From an uncultured Verrucomicrobiota bacterium (lineage in GTDB: Bacteria; Verrucomicrobiota; Verrucomicrobiia; Limisphaerales; JAEYXS01), in contig CAZPUL010000002.1 of assembly GCA_964589735.1 (NCBI GenBank), positions 8,176 through 72,175 of the forward strand: 64,000 nucleotides of DNA, in the 5' to 3' direction. The position numbers and the translations under genes are program-made. Below the pieces are notes generated by a model that was not told the DNA's origin, did not search any database, and saw only the letters and a program-made list of their open reading frames with translations. How positions within the stretch are numbered: position 1 is the stretch's first letter; each line of letters begins with the position of its first letter. This document shows positions 9,337-19,004 of this stretch, piece after piece.

Positions 9337-10728
9337 ATGACACGCACGACCATTATCAATGTCGTGGGGCTGACGGAAGGTTTGCTGGGGCCGCATACGC
9401 CCAAGCTGAATGCCTTTCGCCAGCGGCATGTGTTACGTCATGTCATCCCGGCGTTCCCGGCCGTGACTTGTACGGCGCAGACGGATTACGTCACCGGCAA
9501 GACGCCGCATGAGCATGGCATCGTGGCGAATGGCTGGTACAGCCGCGAACTCGCCGAGGTCCAGTTCTGGAAGCAGTCCAACCACGTAGTGCAAGCCGCC
9601 AAGCTCTGGGATCATCTGCGCTCGGAGGTGCCCGGCTTCACCTGCGCGAAACTTTTCTGGTGGTATAACATGTATGCGAGCGTGGATTACTCCATCACGC
9701 CGCGCCCCATGTATCCCGCCGATGGCCGCAAGTTCTTCGACATCTACACCTGGCCTTATTCCATCCGCACGGAAATCAAGCAGGAGCTGGGGGAATTTCC
9801 TTTCGCGGGCTTCTGGGGGCCTGCCGCCGGTCTCGATTCACCGCAAGGCAAGGCCGATTGTGTCTCCCGCTGGATCGCTGAATCCGCCAAATGGACGGAG
9901 AAGAAGTATCAGCCTACGCTTAGTCTCGTTTACTTGCCGCATCTGGATTATAATCTTCAGCGCTTCGGCCCGAATGATCCACGCATCGCCCGCGACCTGA
10001 TGGAGATCGATGCCATTGTCGGCGATCTCCTTGCGTTCTACGAAGCCCGCCAGATCCGGCCTTTGATCGTTTCCGAGTATGGCATCACACCGGTGAGCAA
10101 GGCCATCCATCTCAACCGGCTGTTCCGCCAGCAGGGCTGGCTTACGGTGAAAGAGGAGCTGGGCCTAGAACTGCTTGATGCCGGTGCGAGCAAAGTCTTC
10201 GCCGTGGTCGACCATCAGGTCGCGCACATCTATGTGAATGACCATTCGCTTTTAAGCGCTGTGCGGACCTTGCTGGAAAAACAGGAGGGCATCGCCCATG
10301 TGCTGGATGAAGCGGGCAAGATCGCACAGGGCATCAACCATCCGCGCGCAGGCAACCTCGTCGCCGTGTCGGCTGAAGATGCATGGTTCACTTATTATTA
10401 CTGGCTGGACGACGCGAAAGCACCGGACTTTGCCCGCACGGTGGACATCCATCGCAAGCCCGGCTATGACCCGGTCGAACTGTTCCTCGATCCGCAAATC
10501 CCGGCGGCAAAGCTCAAGATCCTTTGGCGGCTCCTGCAAAAGAAACTCGGCTTCCGCATGCTGATGGATGTCATTCCGCTGGACGCCAGCCTGGTGAAAG
10601 GCTCGCACGGTTGCCGGCCGAAATCGAAAAAGGACTGGCCGGTGGTGATGGGGGCGACGACCACGACGGAGGAGGATTTGCCTTCCTCCGGCGTCTATGA
10701 GCTTATCCACAAATCCATCTTGAGCTAA
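9337..10728 (+). CDS. Type I phosphodiesterase/nucleotide pyrophosphatase family protein (EboF-like)
   Basis: PAFPAVTCTAQTDYVTGKTPHEHGIVANGWY, YLPHLDYNLQRFGPNDP, ISEYGITPV-type metal-site segments. Confidence 0.75.
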   Translation: MTRTTIINVVGLTEGLLGPHTPKLNAFRQRHVLRHVIPAFPAVTCTAQTDYVTGKTPHEHGIVANGWYSRELAEVQFWKQSNHVVQAAKLWDHLRSEVPGFTCAKLFWWYNMYASVDYSITPRPMYPADGRKFFDIYTWPYSIRTEIKQELGEFPFAGFWGPAAGLDSPQGKADCVSRWIAESAKWTEKKYQPTLSLVYLPHLDYNLQRFGPNDPRIARDLMEIDAIVGDLLAFYEARQIRPLIVSEYGITPVSKAIHLNRLFRQQGWLTVKEELGLELLDAGASKVFAVVDHQVAHIYVNDHSLLSAVRTLLEKQEGIAHVLDEAGKIAQGINHPRAGNLVAVSAEDAWFTYYYWLDDAKAPDFARTVDIHRKPGYDPVELFLDPQIPAAKLKILWRLLQKKLGFRMLMDVIPLDASLVKGSHGCRPKSKKDWPVVMGATTTTEEDLPSSGVYELIHKSILS

Positions 10729-10734
10729 AAAGAA

Positions 10735-10758
10735 AACGGCGGCCCTGAGGCCGCCGTT
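10735..10758. terminator. Intrinsic terminator between convergent genes
   Basis: AACGGCGGCC-CTGA-GGCCGCCGTT preceded by AAAAAGAA. Confidence 0.7.
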
Positions 10759-10780
10759 GCACAGTTATTAACTGCGGAGG

Positions 10781-11479
10781 TCATTCCTTCTTCGCCTTGG
10801 CGTGTTTCTCCAGTATCTCCGCCAGCGCCTTGGAAGTCTCCGTCGGTTCCACCTTCTTCTTGAAGAGGATCTCTTCCACGATGAGGTACTCGCCGTAATA
10901 ACGCATGTTATCCTTCTCGTTGGGGGAGACCGCGCCGCCCTTGATGGTGGCGCCACCGTAGAGACCTTTCGTATCCGAGTAGATGAGGACGGCCTGATCG
11001 TCTTCTCGGTACGTTTCACCTGCATCGGTGCTGGAATCACCTGCGGTGCCTTGCGCCTCGCCGCCAAATTCACCAGCGTGGTCGATCAAGGAACGCACGG
11101 CATTCGTGTTCATCAGCAGTATCACCATGAACGTCTGCTGCCCGCCCACCTGGAACCCGATGCTGCCTTCATTCGCATTATAGAAAGCGGGCGCACCCCA
11201 CTCTTTGGTCTTTTGATCGCGGACCATGGCCACACCGGCACCGCCCTGAAAGCCGAAGATGAAACCGGCCTTGGTGCGGTCCAGCAGTACGATGCCTTGG
11301 GCGTTCGACAGAATCTTGGCCGGGATGGCCTTGTCCGGCTTCGCCTGCATCGCCTCGAACTTCACCGTGAGCTTGCGGATACGGTCATCGAGTTCAGCTT
11401 TGCTCGCCGCCATGGCCGTGCTGGCCATCAAGCCGAAAACCGCCACACTCAGAATCAGCTTAGATAGGTTCGTTTTCAT
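10781..11479 (-). CDS. SYLF/Ysc84 lipid-binding domain protein
   Basis: IPAKILSNAQGIVLLDRTKAGFIFGFQGGAGVAMVRD, WGAPAFYNANEGSIGFQVGGQQTFMVILLMN; signal peptide from MKTNLSKL. Confidence 0.85.
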   Translation of the reverse strand: MKTNLSKLILSVAVFGLMASTAMAASKAELDDRIRKLTVKFEAMQAKPDKAIPAKILSNAQGIVLLDRTKAGFIFGFQGGAGVAMVRDQKTKEWGAPAFYNANEGSIGFQVGGQQTFMVILLMNTNAVRSLIDHAGEFGGEAQGTAGDSSTDAGETYREDDQAVLIYSDTKGLYGGATIKGGAVSPNEKDNMRYYGEYLIVEEILFKKKVEPTETSKALAEILEKHAKAKKE

Positions 11480-11700
11480 ACGACTACTAAGTGCAGTCAT
11501 TGTGCCAACCCATGGAGAATGCATGAATGGCTGTAACTAATTGATTTAGAAGGAGTTGGTGTAATTGTCAGATTTGTAAAAAGCCTGACTAGAAACGAAA
11601 GTGTCATGCATTTTGCACGAACAGGCAAATCGAAGGACTTTGGGAAAGACTACCCCTTGAAGGAATGGCAGTCGCTGAATCTGGACAACTGGCCAAACGA

Positions 11701-12810
11701 TCAAATCGTCAGCATTCGCTCCCGCCCGCGCACGAACCATTTCGTGACCGCCCGCCCGTTTTCAATCACCACCACGGAACCATGCAGCGCCACCGTGGGG
11801 CAGATGTGGCGCGGAATGCCGTAGAGGCAATCGCCCACGGCGAACTCATTTGCTGCCGCTGTCTCAATCACCAAGTGTTCTTCGCTCTGGCTGATGGCGT
11901 TTGCGTCGGGCAACTGCGGAAAGAACACGCGCGGATGCGGGTTCTCGGCGGCGACCGCCTTGTGCCCGAGGTCCAGGCAGAGCCGGTTATCGCCCGGCTT
12001 GCTGATCACGCGCGTGAGCAAAACCGCTGCGACTTGGAATTCCAGATCCTTGAAGCGATTGCCGTAACCGAAATCCCAGAACACATACGTGCCCGGACTG
12101 CACTCGCGATCGGGATGCTGCGCATGGATCGGAAAGCTCGGCGTGCCGCCTGCCACCAAGCGAGGTAACGGCAAACCTTCCGCCTGCAACTTGGCACGCA
12201 AGGCCAGCACGGGAGCCATGCCCTCATCGCAAGCCTTCGTCCGCTCCGTGAGGGCTTCGATGTGCATATGTCCGTCATATGCGTGCAGTCCATCCGCCAC
12301 GATTCCCGGTGAATTCGCGATGGCCCGATACAGCACGGCCGCCCCTTCATCGGCCGGAACGCCCGTGCGATGCATCCCGCAATCGATATCCAGTAACACC
12401 GGAATCTTCACCCCCGCTTGCACCGCTGCCGTCGAGAGTGCTTTCAATGCGCCCGCATCATCCACAATCGTGCGGAAGGTCGTCTGCGGAAAACGGCGGA
12501 TGAGTTCGATGAATCGCGCCACATTGGGGCCAACCGGCTGATAGGAGAGCAACACATCCTTCATCCCATTCGCAGCCGCTAGCTCTGCTTCCGCAATAGT
12601 CGCCGCTTTGCACTGCGTCACTCCGGCGGCGACGTGCATCTGCACCATTTCACCGAGCTTGTGCGTCTTGATATGCGGCCGCAACCGCGCCTGTCCACCA
12701 GTCATCGCCAGCACACGTTCCAGGTTTGCCTTGGAACGCGCGGGATAAACCAAGAGCGAGGGCGAAGGGATCTCCGCCACGTTCTCCACGATGAACCAGT
12801 CCGTGCTCAT
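11701..12810 (-). CDS. D-threonine aldolase / D-serine dehydratase-family fold-type III PLP enzyme
   Basis: RPHIKTHKLGEMVQMHVAAGVTQCKAATIAEAELAA; C-terminal LDLGHKAVAAENPHPR, HLVIE and H-x-C-P metal-site-like segments. Confidence 0.85.
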   Translation of the reverse strand: MSTDWFIVENVAEIPSPSLLVYPARSKANLERVLAMTGGQARLRPHIKTHKLGEMVQMHVAAGVTQCKAATIAEAELAAANGMKDVLLSYQPVGPNVARFIELIRRFPQTTFRTIVDDAGALKALSTAAVQAGVKIPVLLDIDCGMHRTGVPADEGAAVLYRAIANSPGIVADGLHAYDGHMHIEALTERTKACDEGMAPVLALRAKLQAEGLPLPRLVAGGTPSFPIHAQHPDRECSPGTYVFWDFGYGNRFKDLEFQVAAVLLTRVISKPGDNRLCLDLGHKAVAAENPHPRVFFPQLPDANAISQSEEHLVIETAAANEFAVGDCLYGIPRHICPTVALHGSVVVIENGRAVTKWFVRGRERMLTI

Positions 12811-12812
12811 GC

Positions 12813-13277
12813 TTAATTGTGCAGTTCGAAAATGACCTCGATCTCCACCGCGATATTTCCAGGCAGGGAGCCCATGCCCACCGCGCTGCGCGCACCGACG
12901 CCATCATCCGATCCCCAGATCTGCTCGTAGAGTTCGCTGTAGCCATTGATGACTTTCGGATGCTCGGCAAAGTCCGGCGTGGCATTCACCATGCCGAGCG
13001 TTTTGATGACCCGCTTGATGCGGTCGAGTGAGCCCAGTTCCGCCTTCAAGGTGGCGAGGATGGCGAGACCGGTCTGGCGTGCGGCCACTTGCCCGGCGGC
13101 GAGGTCGAGGTCCTGTCCCACTTTGCCGCGGATCATGGAGCCGTCACTGCACAGCGGCCCGTGACCGGAGACATATGCGAGATTGCCCGTGATGACCACC
13201 GGTTTATAGATGCCGCCGCGCTTGGGTGCAGGTGGCAGTTCCAGTTTCAGTTCTTGGATACGTTTTTCAGCGCTCAT
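12813..13277 (-). CDS. RidA family (reactive imine/enamine deaminase-like) protein
   Basis: GGIYKPVVITGNLAYVSGHGPL, VNGYSELYEQIWG, ARSAVGMGSLPGNIAVEIEVIFEL; ATG at 13277. Confidence 0.85.
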   Translation of the reverse strand: MSAEKRIQELKLELPPAPKRGGIYKPVVITGNLAYVSGHGPLCSDGSMIRGKVGQDLDLAAGQVAARQTGLAILATLKAELGSLDRIKRVIKTLGMVNATPDFAEHPKVINGYSELYEQIWGSDDGVGARSAVGMGSLPGNIAVEIEVIFELHN

Positions 13278-13424
13278 GTGTGGATGATTCGATTGCACTT
13301 TTGATACGTGAAGAGCTGCGGGCAGGCAATGGATTATCCACGAAGGAGAAAAACAACCCATTTGAGAATTTCCCCAGTTGCAGCGATAGTGCGCCGGGTA
13401 CGGGCTGTGCTGGCTGTTGAATGC

Positions 13425-14399
13425 ATGAAGAACCTTAAGATCTTTTGTGACACCTTTCTGGGGGAAGCGCCCTTGAAAATGCTGCGTGAAGGGGTGGCCC
13501 CGCACGAACTCGTCTTCCCCGCGCAGATGGTGAATTCACCACTGGCCAAGTCCGGTCCTGATCCGGCCTTTGCCGAAGCGGACATCGCCTTCGGACAGCC
13601 TGACTTGGCGAACATCTACCAAGCCAAGCGCTTGAAATGGGCGCACATCTCCAGTGCCGGATTCACGCGCTACGACACAGCGGAGTTCCGGGCTTTCGTG
13701 GCCAAGCACGATATCGCCATCACGAACAGTACCACTGTTTACGCGGAAGCCTGTGCCGAACATGTGTTCGCGTTCATGCTCGCGCAGGCGCGTCATTTGC
13801 CGGAATCCTTGCAAGCCCGGTATGCGAACGGCACGGCTGACTGGCTGCGCTTGCGTCATTCTTCACCGCTCCTGAAACATCAAAGGGTCGTCATCCTTGG
13901 CTTCGGGGGCATCGCGATCCGGTTGCTCGAGATGTTGCGGCCGTTTCACATGGACGTCGTCGCCTATCGTCGCAAAGCGCGTGGTGATGAAGGCATCCCG
14001 GTCATCACGGCGCGTGAATTACCCGATGCCCTGGCCCAGGCGGATCACGTGATCAACATCCTGCCGGCGAATGCTGATTCGGAAAATTTCGTGGCGGCGG
14101 AACGCTTGCGGCAAATGAAGCCGGGCGCGGTGTTTTACAACATCGGGCGCGGCACCACGGTGAATCAAGAAGACCTGGCGGCGGCCTTGCGCTCCGGGCA
14201 CTTGGGGGCGGCGTGGCTGGATGTCACCGAGCCGGAGCCTTTGCCGCTGGGGCATCCGCTGTTAAGTCTGCCGAATTGCTACATCACGCCGCATGTCGCG
14301 GGCGGACATCAGGGGGAAGCGGAGACGATTGTGGGTCACTTCCTGGAAAACTTCCGTCGGTTCGTGGACGAAGCCCCACTGCTGGACCGCATCATGTAG
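13425..14399 (+). CDS. D-2-hydroxyacid dehydrogenase family, NAD-binding
   Basis: VVILGFGGIAIRLLEMLRPF, PGAVFYNIGRGTTVNQEDLAAAL, PHVAGGH. Confidence 0.85.
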   Translation: MKNLKIFCDTFLGEAPLKMLREGVAPHELVFPAQMVNSPLAKSGPDPAFAEADIAFGQPDLANIYQAKRLKWAHISSAGFTRYDTAEFRAFVAKHDIAITNSTTVYAEACAEHVFAFMLAQARHLPESLQARYANGTADWLRLRHSSPLLKHQRVVILGFGGIAIRLLEMLRPFHMDVVAYRRKARGDEGIPVITARELPDALAQADHVINILPANADSENFVAAERLRQMKPGAVFYNIGRGTTVNQEDLAAALRSGHLGAAWLDVTEPEPLPLGHPLLSLPNCYITPHVAGGHQGEAETIVGHFLENFRRFVDEAPLLDRIM

Positions 14400-14409
14400 C
14401 GGCGGCCGC

Positions 14410-15561
14410 TTACTTCTCCTTCAGCTCAAACGTCGCCACCATGCAGCGATGTTGCGAGCGCCGTCCCGGTTCTGCCTTGCAGGCGACGGGCTGCAATTGC
14501 TGGTTGGAGAAAACCTGGTCCAGCCGCAGCCAAGGGCCGAAGAGGGTGAGGGGATTGCGCGTGAAGCCGGGGAAGGTCAATCCGAAGCCGCGACCCGCTG
14601 CTTCAAACGCATCCGTGAACTGGTCGCGATAGCGGTGATAGATCTGGCCGTGATTGGGAACGTTGAAATCACCGGCGATGATGGTCGGAGCCGTTTCCTT
14701 CTTGGCCAGCTCCGCGATCTCGTCCGTCATTTTCCGCTGATGATCCCAAAAAGTTTTGGTCTGGCCGCGCAGCTTTTCGCCATAACCGCCGTTGCGCCCG
14801 AAGGCTGCGGCAAGGAAACCGCCCTTGCTCATCGGGTCCAAATGCTCGCGTGGAGAGGTGAAATGGACGCTGTAGATGACGAGGTCGCGGCCTTCCCAGT
14901 CCAGCACACAGCGCATGGCCACCGGGCGCTGGTTCAGGCCGCGTTGGGGTAGCAACTCGATGCTTTTGATAGGGAAGCGGGTGATGACCGTGAATTCGTT
15001 CACGGCCCGCACTTTCATTTCCGGATAGGCTTTAGCGTAAGCGCCTTCACGCCCGGCATCCTGGTAGATGACCACGTCCGGTTTCTCGCTGGCGACGAAT
15101 TCCGTGGGGCTTTGCTTGTTATCCTGGCCGCGATTGTTGGTGACGAGTTTGAAGCCGGGGCCTTTGGGCGCGCGCTGCCGGTTGAACTCCGGGTCCATGT
15201 AACCGAACAATACCAGCACCAGGCAGCCTGCATGCAGCAGACACCAGCGCGGCTGGATAAGCAGAGTCATGAATCCCAAAGCGAAGGCGGGCAGCAACCA
15301 CATCTGCGGCGGCACATAAAACGCAAAGCTGAGAAACCAGTGGGTCTCGGCCCGCCACTCCATAAGCGCCAGGATGACGACAAGGATCAGGGCATAAGCC
15401 AGATTCAAGGCCAGCAGCACGCGCCGGGTCCACTTCAAGAGCTTCTGGATGGTCCCGTTCGGGTTCCGCCAGTCCTTCAGCGCTTTGACCAGCCGTTCCA
15501 GCCCCGTGATCAGGGGCGGGTCATTGGCCGGTAGTGGCGTATTGGCGGCTGGCTGCGTCAT
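14410..15561 (-). CDS. Endonuclease/exonuclease/phosphatase family membrane protein
   Basis: Three hydrophobic segments then NNRGQDNKQSPTEF, VIYSVHFTSPREH, IIAGDFNVPNHGQIYHRYRDQFTDAF. Confidence 0.8.
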   Translation of the reverse strand: MTQPAANTPLPANDPPLITGLERLVKALKDWRNPNGTIQKLLKWTRRVLLALNLAYALILVVILALMEWRAETHWFLSFAFYVPPQMWLLPAFALGFMTLLIQPRWCLLHAGCLVLVLFGYMDPEFNRQRAPKGPGFKLVTNNRGQDNKQSPTEFVASEKPDVVIYQDAGREGAYAKAYPEMKVRAVNEFTVITRFPIKSIELLPQRGLNQRPVAMRCVLDWEGRDLVIYSVHFTSPREHLDPMSKGGFLAAAFGRNGGYGEKLRGQTKTFWDHQRKMTDEIAELAKKETAPTIIAGDFNVPNHGQIYHRYRDQFTDAFEAAGRGFGLTFPGFTRNPLTLFGPWLRLDQVFSNQQLQPVACKAEPGRRSQHRCMVATFELKEK

Positions 15562-15693
15562 CTGTCCCTTGTATTCTCAGGTTCGAGCTAGCAAGGACAA
15601 TGTTAAAAGCAGTCCTCAGCAGATGGCAGTCGGAGCTAAGGGAATAAGGTCGGCGTACGATAAGCTGCTAGGCACAACTGGTCTGCCAGTGAC

Positions 15694-16725
15694 CTATGTT
15701 CCGGTCTTGACCTTCAATTCTTCCAACTGCTTCTCCAGGTCGCGCATGCGGCGGATGATGTCCGGCAGTTGCTGGCTGGCGATGATCTGGCGCTTGGCAA
15801 TCTTGTCCGGCATAGCCGGGATGCCCAATACCTTGCCGCCGTCCGGGATGTCCCGCATCACACCGCTCTTGGCGCCGATGGTCGCCTGATTGCCGATGTT
15901 CAGATGGTCGGCGATGCCCGATTGCGCGGCGACCACACAGTAATCACCCATCTTCGTGCTGCCGGCGAACCCGACTTGTCCCGTGATGATGCAGTGTTTC
16001 CCGATGTTCACGTTGTGGGCCACGTGGACGAGGTTATCGATCTTGGTCCCCTGACCGATGACGGTGGAGCCCAGAGCGCCGCGGTCGATCGCCGTGTTCG
16101 CGCCGATCTCGACGTCGTCATGGATGATGACATTGCCGATCTGGAGGATCTTGCGATGACGGCCCTCATCCAGCACATAGCCGTAACCGTCAGAGCCGAT
16201 GACGGTGCCCGCGTGGATGGTGACGCGATTGCCCACCTGGCATTGCAGGTAGATGACCACATTCGGATAAAGCGTGGTGTCCTCGCCGACCTTGGCATCG
16301 CGGCCGATGTGATTGCCGCCCATGAGCACGGCGCGGGCACCGATCTTGGCACGGGCACCCACGGTGCAGTTCGGTCCGATGTGCGCAGCGGGGTCCACTT
16401 GCGCCGAGGCATCGATGACGGCACTGGGATGAACGCCTGGAGCGTATTGGTCGGGCGGGAAGAACAAAGGCAGCAAGCGCGCCACGGCGATGCGCGGATT
16501 CTTCACCCGGATGAGCGTTTTCTTCGTCGAGGCAAATCCTTCGGGCACCAAGATGGCCGCGGCCTGGCTAGCCTCAGCCACGGCGAAATAGGCTTCCTGA
16601 TCGGCAAAGGTCAGATCACCGGAGCGGGCCTGGTTGGCGGCGGCGAAACCGGTGATGGTCACCGCACCGTCGCCGAGGAGTTCACCCCGGACTTGTTCAG
16701 CGATCTGGGCGGCGGTAATGGGCAT
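15694..16725 (-). CDS. lpxD: UDP-3-O-(3-hydroxymyristoyl)glucosamine N-acyltransferase
   Basis: Left-handed beta-helix hexapeptides; HPSAVIDASAQVDPAAHIGPN, NTAIDRGALGSTVIGQGTKIDNLVHVAHNV, GQVGFAGSTKMGD. Confidence 0.93.
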   Translation of the reverse strand: MPITAAQIAEQVRGELLGDGAVTITGFAAANQARSGDLTFADQEAYFAVAEASQAAAILVPEGFASTKKTLIRVKNPRIAVARLLPLFFPPDQYAPGVHPSAVIDASAQVDPAAHIGPNCTVGARAKIGARAVLMGGNHIGRDAKVGEDTTLYPNVVIYLQCQVGNRVTIHAGTVIGSDGYGYVLDEGRHRKILQIGNVIIHDDVEIGANTAIDRGALGSTVIGQGTKIDNLVHVAHNVNIGKHCIITGQVGFAGSTKMGDYCVVAAQSGIADHLNIGNQATIGAKSGVMRDIPDGGKVLGIPAMPDKIAKRQIIASQQLPDIIRRMRDLEKQLEELKVKTGT

Positions 16726-16781
16726 GCGTTGGCAGGGTTGAAGTTCGTGTTTTGCCCCTCATGCCATTCACGAGGGGGCTC

Positions 16782-17756
16782 CTATTTCTCCGGCAAAGGG
16801 ACCATCTGCTGGGCTTCCACATCCCAGACTTTCAGGCGCAGGCAGCGGATGATATCCGCCGGGTGCAAAGAGGTGACCTTGGGCTTCTGCAATTCCGGCA
16901 TCTCCTTCAGCACTTCGGGCAGCCGATAGAAAGGGATCTTGGAGTTGAGATGGTGGATGTGGTGGTAGCCGATGTTCGCCGAGAACCAGGCCATCAGCGT
17001 ACCCGTCTTCATGAAGCTGGAGGATTCCAGCGCGGCGGTCTCGTAGGTCCAGCCGGCGTTGTCGCGGAAGGTCACTCCGGGGAAATTATGCTGGGCGTAG
17101 AACAGGTAGCTGCCGATGCAACAGGCGATGCCGAACGGGATGATGATGGTCAGGACCACCGCCAGCCAGCCGCCGAGCAGGGCGACCACGGCGATCAAAG
17201 TGATGTGCAACACCAGCGAGATGAGGCAGTCGAAATGTTCACGCGGATTGTTGTAGAAGGGATAGATGCTCATGCCGATGAGGAACATGAACAGGTAACC
17301 GCACAGGATCGTGAGCGGATGCCGCATGAAGAGGTACTTCGCGCGCTTGGCCTTGGAACATTTCAGGAAATGCTCCTTGGTCATGATGGGGAAGGAGCCG
17401 ATGTGCGAGCCCTTCAGCTTGGAGTTGTGATTGTGATGATGGTTGTGCGAACTCCGCCAGACACTGCTGGGGCTGAGGATGAAAATGCCGAAGATACGCA
17501 TCAACCCTTCCGCCAGCTTGGAATTCGGCAAAATGGCGTGGTGCTGCTGATCGTGATAGATGACGAAAAACCGGAGGATCAGCAACGCGCTCAGGATGCT
17601 GCAAACGACCCGGCCGATAAGACTGTGGTTCCAGAGGGTCCCCGCCATGAAACCGACCAGCAAAATGCCCGTGGAAAGGATATACCACCAGCTTTTCGCC
17701 GGATCGTCGGTGGTGTATGGCTTGGTGGCCAATATTAAATCTTTACCAGTACGCAT
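16782..17756 (-). CDS. Fatty acid desaturase family protein
   Basis: His boxes HDQQHHAIL, HNHHHNHNSK, HHIHHL; multiple TM segments. Confidence 0.85.
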   Translation of the reverse strand: MRTGKDLILATKPYTTDDPAKSWWYILSTGILLVGFMAGTLWNHSLIGRVVCSILSALLILRFFVIYHDQQHHAILPNSKLAEGLMRIFGIFILSPSSVWRSSHNHHHNHNSKLKGSHIGSFPIMTKEHFLKCSKAKRAKYLFMRHPLTILCGYLFMFLIGMSIYPFYNNPREHFDCLISLVLHITLIAVVALLGGWLAVVLTIIIPFGIACCIGSYLFYAQHNFPGVTFRDNAGWTYETAALESSSFMKTGTLMAWFSANIGYHHIHHLNSKIPFYRLPEVLKEMPELQKPKVTSLHPADIIRCLRLKVWDVEAQQMVPLPEK

Positions 17757-17884
17757 GTGTCTTAAGCTCGCGCATGGTCGTCTAAAAAACACCTGATGTC
17801 CATTCCTGACTTTGCCGATATTGCTGCACTTTTGCTTAAAAATAACATTAGCCGGAGTGTTGTTGCCTGCGCGGAAGGGGGAAT

Positions 17885-18058
17885 TCAAGCCAAGGCGGCC
17901 TGCAAAGAACGCAGTTCTTCCGCGACTTGCGCCGGATCGGCGTCAGTCCCCGCGCCCTGAGCCATCAGGCAGGCGGGACACAGGCCAGCCAAGGCCCCGG
18001 CTGGGAGGGGCTTGCCGCAAGTCGGGCAGGTATTCGCTTCGCTCACTGAGGTTTTCAT
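17885..18058 (-). CDS. 57-aa zinc-ribbon mini-protein (not in supplied ORF track)
   Basis: Manual translation: MKTSVSEANTCPTCGKPLPAGALAGLCPACLMAQGAGTDADPAQVAEELRSLQAALA*; two CPxC knuckles. Confidence 0.55.
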   Translation of the reverse strand: MKTSVSEANTCPTCGKPLPAGALAGLCPACLMAQGAGTDADPAQVAEELRSLQAALA

Positions 18059-18120
18059 ACGAAATTAATCGTTCTCTGAATACCTCAGAAGCGTTTTCTG
18101 GAAGTTGTTACAGAATAAAT

Positions 18121-18852
18121 TTACTCAGGCGAAACAGCCTGTCGGACGTGCTCGCCCAACGGTGTCTCTGGTGCGTCCGATTCCGGAGTCTCGAGCTTGA
18201 ATATCTCCCGGCCCAAGCCGTCCGTACCGATGCTGGCTGACATGGTCCGGCTTACGGCGGGCTTGAATTCCCCACGGATCCGGACTTCTCGGAAGTGCAG
18301 GATGGAGTCGATATGGCGTGCCTGGTGAGCGGGATAGGACAGCGCGGCAAAAGGATACTCCTGATCATCCGAGGCCGTCCATTTGCCTTGATCGGTGAAA
18401 CCGAAGCGCCGGTAAAAAGTCAGGGAGGCGGGCAGGGCGAAGATCAGGAGATGGATCATAGTATCGGGTTTGCCGATTCCGGTCCGGCCTACGCGCAGCA
18501 GGGTCATGGTGGTGCCGATGCGGTGCTTTTGATAGTCGGGATGCACCAGACCATAGCAGAGCGTGTAGATATTCTTCCCCAACTGAGTCAGTCCGGAGCA
18601 GCCGATGAGCTTGTCACGGAACTCAGCCACCAGCATGCCGTTCTGTGGTTGCTTAAGGTGTGCCGCAAAGGCTTGCTCATCGCCCTCGGGAAAACGTCCG
18701 GCGGCATTCAGCCGGTAGAGGCTCATCAAACGGAGAAAATCCCGGTCCTCGTAAGCGCGGAACTGGACGGGCAAAAGCAACGGTGGATTCAGCTCCCGAT
18801 CCAGGTCGGTGTAGGCGAATTTGCGACGGACCCATGTAAGCAATGCGCGCAC
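18121..18852 (-). CDS. GNAT family N-acetyltransferase
   Basis: MLVAEFRDKLIGCSGLTQLG...YGLVHPDYQKHRIGTTMTLLRVG...FYRRFGFTDQGKW. Confidence 0.7.
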   Translation of the reverse strand: MRALLTWVRRKFAYTDLDRELNPPLLLPVQFRAYEDRDFLRLMSLYRLNAAGRFPEGDEQAFAAHLKQPQNGMLVAEFRDKLIGCSGLTQLGKNIYTLCYGLVHPDYQKHRIGTTMTLLRVGRTGIGKPDTMIHLLIFALPASLTFYRRFGFTDQGKWTASDDQEYPFAALSYPAHQARHIDSILHFREVRIRGEFKPAVSRTMSASIGTDGLGREIFKLETPESDAPETPLGEHVRQAVSPE

Positions 18853-19004
18853 GGTGAAATGACCTTCACCTCAACGGTACTCCTGGGTCCGCAACTGTCT
18901 AATGAAATCTTAGACGGACAAACCGTTGTCGGATGAATAAGACCGCGGATTTTTATAGTGTTCCCTTGAGCAAAAGAAGGCGCATGCAAAACTTTGGCTC
19001 CCGT

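Noticed and set aside
15769-16929. 386-aa plus-strand ORF
   Set aside because: Antisense of lpxD; D/H/G-rich translation mirrors the hexapeptide repeats.
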